DNA of 64,000 bases from Candidatus Dormiibacterota bacterium (GTDB lineage Bacteria > Chloroflexota > Dormibacteria > Aeolococcales > Aeolococcaceae): contig CAVZPR010000002.1 in the NCBI GenBank assembly GCA_963777285.1, positions 470,304 to 534,303 of the forward strand, read 5' to 3'. The notes under the pieces are model-generated. The model did no database searches. It was not told the DNA's origin and was given only the letters and a program-made list of their open reading frames with translations. The position numbers were made by a program, and so were the translations under genes. Below are positions 62,822-64,000 of the stretch, piece by piece (within the stretch, counting starts at the first letter, position 1; each line of letters opens with the position of its first letter).

Positions 62822-63310
62822 ATGCAGCTGGACGGAGTGGATCGTCCTTCGCCGGAGCGACCCCGTCCGCTCCCGGTGCAGGACCTGCGCGTGTACGAGC
62901 GGCACGGTGGACACACCTTGCGGCGGCACGTCAACACCGGTCCCGGCGACGAGCTGCGCCGCATCCGCCACGACGGCGTCGCCGCTGCGGGGTCGTTCCT
63001 CAGCCTGCAGACGGCGCAGCGATGCGTCGACGTGGCGATCAACGCGCACCGCGAGCGCGTGCTCACGTGGCTCGCCGGCCCCGACGGCCACGCCCCGTAC
63101 ACGTTCGTCGAGGACATGGGACACGTCATCGGACGGACGCTGACATGGGAGGAGGTGATGCACGGCATCAGAGTCCCGCGACAGGTGACCGCGGTGCGCG
63201 TGGTGCTGCGCCGGCACCCCGACCTGCCCGGAGGTTTCACCGTCGTCACCGCATACCCGACACGTGTGCCGCGCCGCCGCGGGGCGCACGGCCACTGGGG
63301 GTCACAATGA
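62822..63310 (+). CDS. Stand-alone RNase A-like toxin domain (CdiA-CT type)
   Basis: DL..YE..GGHTL.RHV, AAGSF...AQ, VRVVL, GF.VVTAYP pattern of the Yersinia kristensenii-type CdiA-CT RNase A domain. Confidence 0.8.
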   Translation: MQLDGVDRPSPERPRPLPVQDLRVYERHGGHTLRRHVNTGPGDELRRIRHDGVAAAGSFLSLQTAQRCVDVAINAHRERVLTWLAGPDGHAPYTFVEDMGHVIGRTLTWEEVMHGIRVPRQVTAVRVVLRRHPDLPGGFTVVTAYPTRVPRRRGAHGHWGSQ

Positions 63311-63642
63311 GCAGCATCGACATCGACGCGGCGATCGCCGACGCGGACGCCACCTTCCCAGCGCTGTTCCAGCTGTTCGGCGGCTACTTCCACCAGGACT
63401 GGCGCAGCGACCACACCACGCCGGCGGCCGCCCTCGGCGCGTTCCTCGACGAGGCGCCCGCGCAGGCGGTTGGCGAGGCCGTGGCGGAGCTCGACCGCCT
63501 GCTCGACGCCGGCGCGGACGACGCGTCGCTGGCACGGCTGCTGCGCGAGGGATTCGACTGCAACTACGTACCCGAGCACGACGGTCTCACCGCGACGGGG
63601 TGGTTGACGGCGGTCAGGGGCCGGCTGCAGCCTGGCGCCTGA
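63307..63642 (+). CDS. CdiI-type immunity protein
   Basis: FPAL.QLFGGYFHQDW, ELDRLL, C.Y.P, WL motifs; ATGA overlap with the toxin stop. Confidence 0.8.
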   Translation: MSSIDIDAAIADADATFPALFQLFGGYFHQDWRSDHTTPAAALGAFLDEAPAQAVGEAVAELDRLLDAGADDASLARLLREGFDCNYVPEHDGLTATGWLTAVRGRLQPGA

Positions 63643-63651
63643 GGCCGCGCC

Positions 63652-64000
63652 TCATGCTTGCGCCCGTCGCACCACCGGCGCGAGCCGAACCCGCCGCAGC
63701 AGCGACGCGAAGTGGAGCAGCATCGTGGGAACGAGCGTGGGCAGCGCGGCGATCAGCGCCGCCAGCCACACCGGGCCGCCGGCGAGCCGCACCCAGTACA
63801 GAGCGAAGAGCACCACGCCGGTCAGCAGCGTGTTGCGCCGGCCCCACACGGTGTGCACCAGCTCGGGCCGCCGCCGCGCCAGGAAGACGAACGGCGTCAC
63901 CAGCACCGGCGCTGCGTATCGCGCCACGATCAGCGCCGCCAGCCACAGCGGTGTGATGCCGAGCAGGTAGCAGCCCGCGGCCCCGGCGATGAAGAACAGC
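63652..64000 (-). CDS. C-terminal part of a membrane protein, possibly CDP-alcohol phosphatidyltransferase; start lies outside the window
   Basis: Open frame to the window edge; PLWLAALIVARY and WGRRNT resemble the family's C-terminal half, but catalytic motif not visible. Confidence 0.45.
   Translation of the reverse strand, partial: LFFIAGAAGCYLLGITPLWLAALIVARYAAPVLVTPFVFLARRRPELVHTVWGRRNTLLTGVVLFALYWVRLAGGPVWLAALIAALPTLVPTMLLHFASLLRRVRLAPVVRRAQA

Overview
High-GC bacterial chromosome segment. Gene content (monoderm envelope genes, darA, LCP proteins, Chloroflexi/Actinobacteria-like enzymes) suggests Ca. Dormibacterota or a similar Terrabacteria lineage; this is inference only. 1-28 kb: acyl-CoA/B12 catabolic neighbourhood with two B12-dependent mutase large subunits of different specificity signature, meaB, epimerase, carboxyltransferase, three acyl-CoA dehydrogenases, thiolase, sucCD, a FadF-like Fe-S protein, enoyl-CoA hydratase and 3-hydroxyacyl-CoA dehydrogenase, interleaved with envelope genes (two LCP, a beta-propeller protein, GT87) and a PPi-type pfk. 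28-34 kb: pdxS followed by coupled pdxT-GNAT-AAA/R3H-tmk-darA. 34.6-45 kb: accessory patch around tRNA-Pro(CGG) and tRNA-Arg(CCT) with secreted/surface proteins. 45-57 kb: crotonase-carboxyltransferase-biotin carrier operon, ispH and an RDD/SpoIIM/DUF58/MoxR/DUF4350/DUF4129 cluster. 57-64 kb: ECF sigma/anti-sigma, kbl, tdh and a free-standing RNase A-like (CdiA-CT type) toxin plus CdiI-type immunity gene. Most notable: (1) three 150-250 nt locus-specific rod hairpins that fold back over the stop codons of pfk, kbl and tdh; (2) the delivery-less toxin/immunity pair; (3) two identical +1 frameshifts and several motif-breaking substitutions at GAGTCG, probably a methylation-linked sequencing footprint; (4) an ATT start codon for pdxT; (5) widespread leaderless-type promoters. 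No CRISPR, rRNA, integrase or transposase was seen. All family calls are from motif recognition by eye, not database searches.
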